DNA of 32,000 nucleotides from Mycoplasma mycoides subsp. capri (GTDB lineage Bacteria; Bacillota_I; Bacilli_A; Mycoplasmatales; Mycoplasmataceae): NCBI RefSeq assembly GCF_018389705.1, contig NZ_CP065581.1, positions 270,001 to 302,000 of the forward strand, read 5' to 3'. Shown piece by piece: positions 29,431 to 32,000 of this stretch (position 1 is its first letter; each line of letters starts with the position of its first letter). The notes under the pieces were generated by a model. It saw only the letters and a program-made list of their open reading frames with translations, ran no database searches and was not told where the DNA came from. The position numbers and the translations under genes were made by a program.

Positions 29431-31845
29431 ATGGATTTTTCACATAAAGCTATTGAAAAGAGATGACAAAAGTATTGAAAAGAAAATAACATTTATAAAA
29501 CTACTAATAATAGTGAAAAAAAAGCTTATATTTTAGATATGTTTCCTTATCCAAGTGGATCTGGATTACATGTTGGTCATATCAAAGGATATACAGCAAC
29601 TGATGTTTATAGTAGATTTAAAAGAATGCAAGGATATGATGTTTTACATCCAATTGGTTGAGATGCATTCGGATTACCAGCTGAACAATATGCTTTAAAA
29701 ACAGGAAATGATCCTAGAGAATTTACTTTACAAAACATTGAAAATTTTAAAGTTCAACTTAATAAAATGGGATTTAGCTATGATTATGATAAAGAAATAA
29801 ATACAGCTGATCCAAATTACTATAAAATTACTCAATGAATTTTTAAACAACTTTATAAAAAAGGTTTAGCTGAAAATAGAGATATTGATGTTAATTGATG
29901 TCAAGAACTAGGAACTGTTTTAGCAAATGATGAAATTATTGAAAAAAATGGTTTAATGGTTAGTGAAAGAGGAGAATATCCTGTTGTTAAAAAAAAGATG
30001 CGTCAGTGAGTTTTAAAAATTACTGATTATGCAGATAAACTTTTAGATGGGTTAGATAATTTAGATTGACCAAATTCTGTAAAAGAATTGCAAAGAAATT
30101 GAATTGGTAAATCTGAAGGTTGTGAAATTAACTTTAAATCAAATGATATTGATATTCCAGTTTTTACTACTAGAGCTGATACTATTTTTGGAGCAACTTA
30201 TATTGTTTTAGCTCCAGAAAATGAACTTGTTTTAAAACTAACAACACCCGAAAAATTAGATGAAGTTAAAAAATATATTGAACTAACTGCTAATAAATCT
30301 GAAATTGAAAGAAAAGATGAATCTAGAACTAAAACTGGAGTATTTATTGGAAGTTATGCAACAAATCCATTAACTAAAGAACAAATTCAAATTTGAATTA
30401 GTGATTATGTTTTAAATGATTATGGATCAGGAGCTATTATGGCAGTTCCAGCTCATGATAAAAGAGATTGAGATTTTGCTACTAAATTTAATTTACCAAT
30501 TAGATTTGTAATTCAAACTAAAGATCAATCTAAAGCTTTTGTTGGTGAAGGAATACATATTAATTCAGAATTTTTAAATGATCTTGATAGAGTTCAAGCT
30601 TTACAAGTAATCCATGATTATGTTGAAAAAAATAATTTAGGTAAGAGAAAAATTAATTATAAATTAAGAGATTGATTATTTTCAAGACAAAGATTTTATG
30701 GTGAACCTTTTCCTGTTTTATATGATAAAGATAATAATATTGTTTTAATTGAAGATAACAATTTACCAATTACACTTCCAACAACAGATTATATAAAACC
30801 AACTAATACTGGTGAAAGTCCTTTAGCTAATGTTAAAAATTGAGTAAATGTAAAAATTGGTGATAAAGAATATAAAAGAGAAACTAATACTATGCCTCAA
30901 TCAGCAGGATCTAGTTGATATTTTATTGCTTATATTCTAGCTAATTCAAAAAATAATTTAATTGATTTAACTAGTGATGAAGCTAAAAAAAGATTAGAAA
31001 AATGACTACCAGTTGATTTGTATATTGGTGGTCAAGAACATGCAGTTGGTCATTTGTTATATTCTAGATTTTGAACTCATTTTTTATATGATTTAGGATT
31101 ATTACCAACAAATGAACCATTTCAAAGATTATTTAATCAAGGAATGATATTAGGACCTGATAATAGAAAAATGTCTAAATCTTGAGGAAATGTTATTAAT
31201 CCAGATGATGTTATTGATACACATGGTGCTGATGCATTAAGATTGTATGAAATGTTTATGGGTCCATTAGATGCTAGTTTACCTTGAAGTTTTGATGGAT
31301 TAGATGCTAGTTTGAAATGATTAAATCGTTGTTATAGAATGATTAATAAAATTGAGTTTAGTAATACTAATAATCACAAATTAGATTATGTTTATAATGA
31401 TGTAGTTAAAAAAGTAACTCAAATGATTCAAGAACTAAAATTTAACACAGCAATTAGTCAATTAATGGTTTTAGTAAATGCAATTTATAAAGAAGAACTA
31501 AATACAGTTTATAAACAATATATTGAAGGTTTTGTAAAAATGTTAAGTTTATTTGCTCCACATTTAAGTGAAGAATTATGAGAAAAACTAGGAAATAACT
31601 CTAGTGTAACTTTACAAACTTGACCAGAATTTGATGAAACTAAAATAATTAAAAATACAGTTGTTATTGCTTTACAAGTTAATGGAAAATTAAGATCAAC
31701 AATTGAAGTTGAAAAAGGAACAGACAAAGAAACTTTAATAAATTTAGCAGAAAAAAATGAAAATATTATTAAATTTATTAAAGATCATAAAATCTTAAAA
31801 CGTATAGCAGTTATTGATCGAATTGTCAATATAGTAATTGAGTAA
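29431..31845 (+). CDS. leuS: Leucyl-tRNA synthetase
   Basis: ATG at 29431 after an AAGGAG SD. Frame 1 is continuous through many TGA=Trp codons to TAA at 31843-45 (804 aa). HIGH motif 'GLHVGH', '[12 protein letters not shown]' (the W is TGA at 29659-61), and KMSKS 'NRKMSKSWGN'. Track ORF 31339..31581 is an internal fragment. Confidence 0.95.
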
Positions 31846-31867
31846 AAAGGTAGAAAATACCTTTTTT
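31844..31867 (+). terminator. Rho-independent terminator after leuS
   Basis: AAAAAGGTA-gaaaa-TACCTTTTT hairpin overlapping the stop codon, followed by a T-run. Confidence 0.75.
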
Positions 31868-31911
31868 ATTTTGCAAAATTATATAATTACTTTTGTAGAA
31901 AAGGAGTTAAA

Positions 31912-32000
31912 ATGAAAAAAACCGTTAAATTAACAATCATTTTATTAGTTGTTGCAGTAATTTATTTTGGTTATTCAGCTTGACTTGACGGGGTTGCTAT
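31912..32000 (+). CDS. 5' end of a membrane or secreted protein gene (N-terminal TM/signal segment); runs off the window
   Basis: AAGGAG SD, then ATG at 31912. 'MKKTVKLTIILLVVAVIYFGYSAWLDGVA' includes one TGA=Trp. Only 29 codons are visible. Confidence 0.5.

Noticed and set aside
2446-31727. All minus-strand ORFs in the track: 2446-2643, 2606-2788, 3523-3705, 4737-5033, 9102-9290, 9223-9411, 11644-11835, 12007-12306, 15187-15420, 26689-26973, 27130-27318, 31509-31727.
   Set aside because: Each lies entirely antisense to a well-supported + strand gene (rplC, rplD, rplB, rpsH/rplF, secY, rpsM/rpsK, the lipoprotein, leuS). They have no SD, and their translations are low-complexity with no recognisable motifs. 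They are typical shadow ORFs.
1-32000. Mobile elements, CRISPR arrays, restriction-modification, toxin-antitoxin or other defence systems, and large direct or inverted repeats.
   Set aside because: I found no transposase, integrase or Cas-like ORFs, no regularly spaced repeats, and no long duplicated segments on either strand. The intergenic regions are short and are accounted for by promoters and terminators.

Overview
This is AT-rich (roughly 25% GC by eye) Mollicutes-type DNA that reads TGA as Trp (translation table 4). Many track ORFs are therefore fragments of longer genes, and I re-joined them. Every gene I can support is on the + strand.

Order of features:
- 3' end of a GH13 alpha-glucosidase.
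- A lone dhaK.
- A contiguous S10-spc-alpha ribosomal supercluster: rpsJ through rplO, secY, adk, map, infA, rpmJ, rpsM, rpsK, rpoA, rplQ. rpmD (L30) is absent.
- The ECF energizing module ecfA1-ecfA2-ecfT, then truA.
- One 4.15-kb gene for a tandem FtsX/MacB-type permease (1384 aa).
- rplM-rpsI.
- A 930-aa lipoprotein gene.
- tRNA-Ile(GAT), then leuS.
- The 5' end of a membrane-protein gene.

I see no CRISPR array, transposase, integrase, phage gene, toxin-antitoxin pair or recognisable defence system. About 80% of the window is core housekeeping.

The only candidates for undescribed biology are the giant permease and the large lipoprotein. The permease has no adjacent ATPase and sits inside an otherwise conserved Firmicute gene block. 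I cannot place the lipoprotein in a family by eye. Several housekeeping proteins carry lineage-specific low-complexity extensions (EcfA1, L29, S5, SecY). A few leader or spacer RNA structures are smaller leads. I cannot claim a clearly novel system from sequence reading alone.
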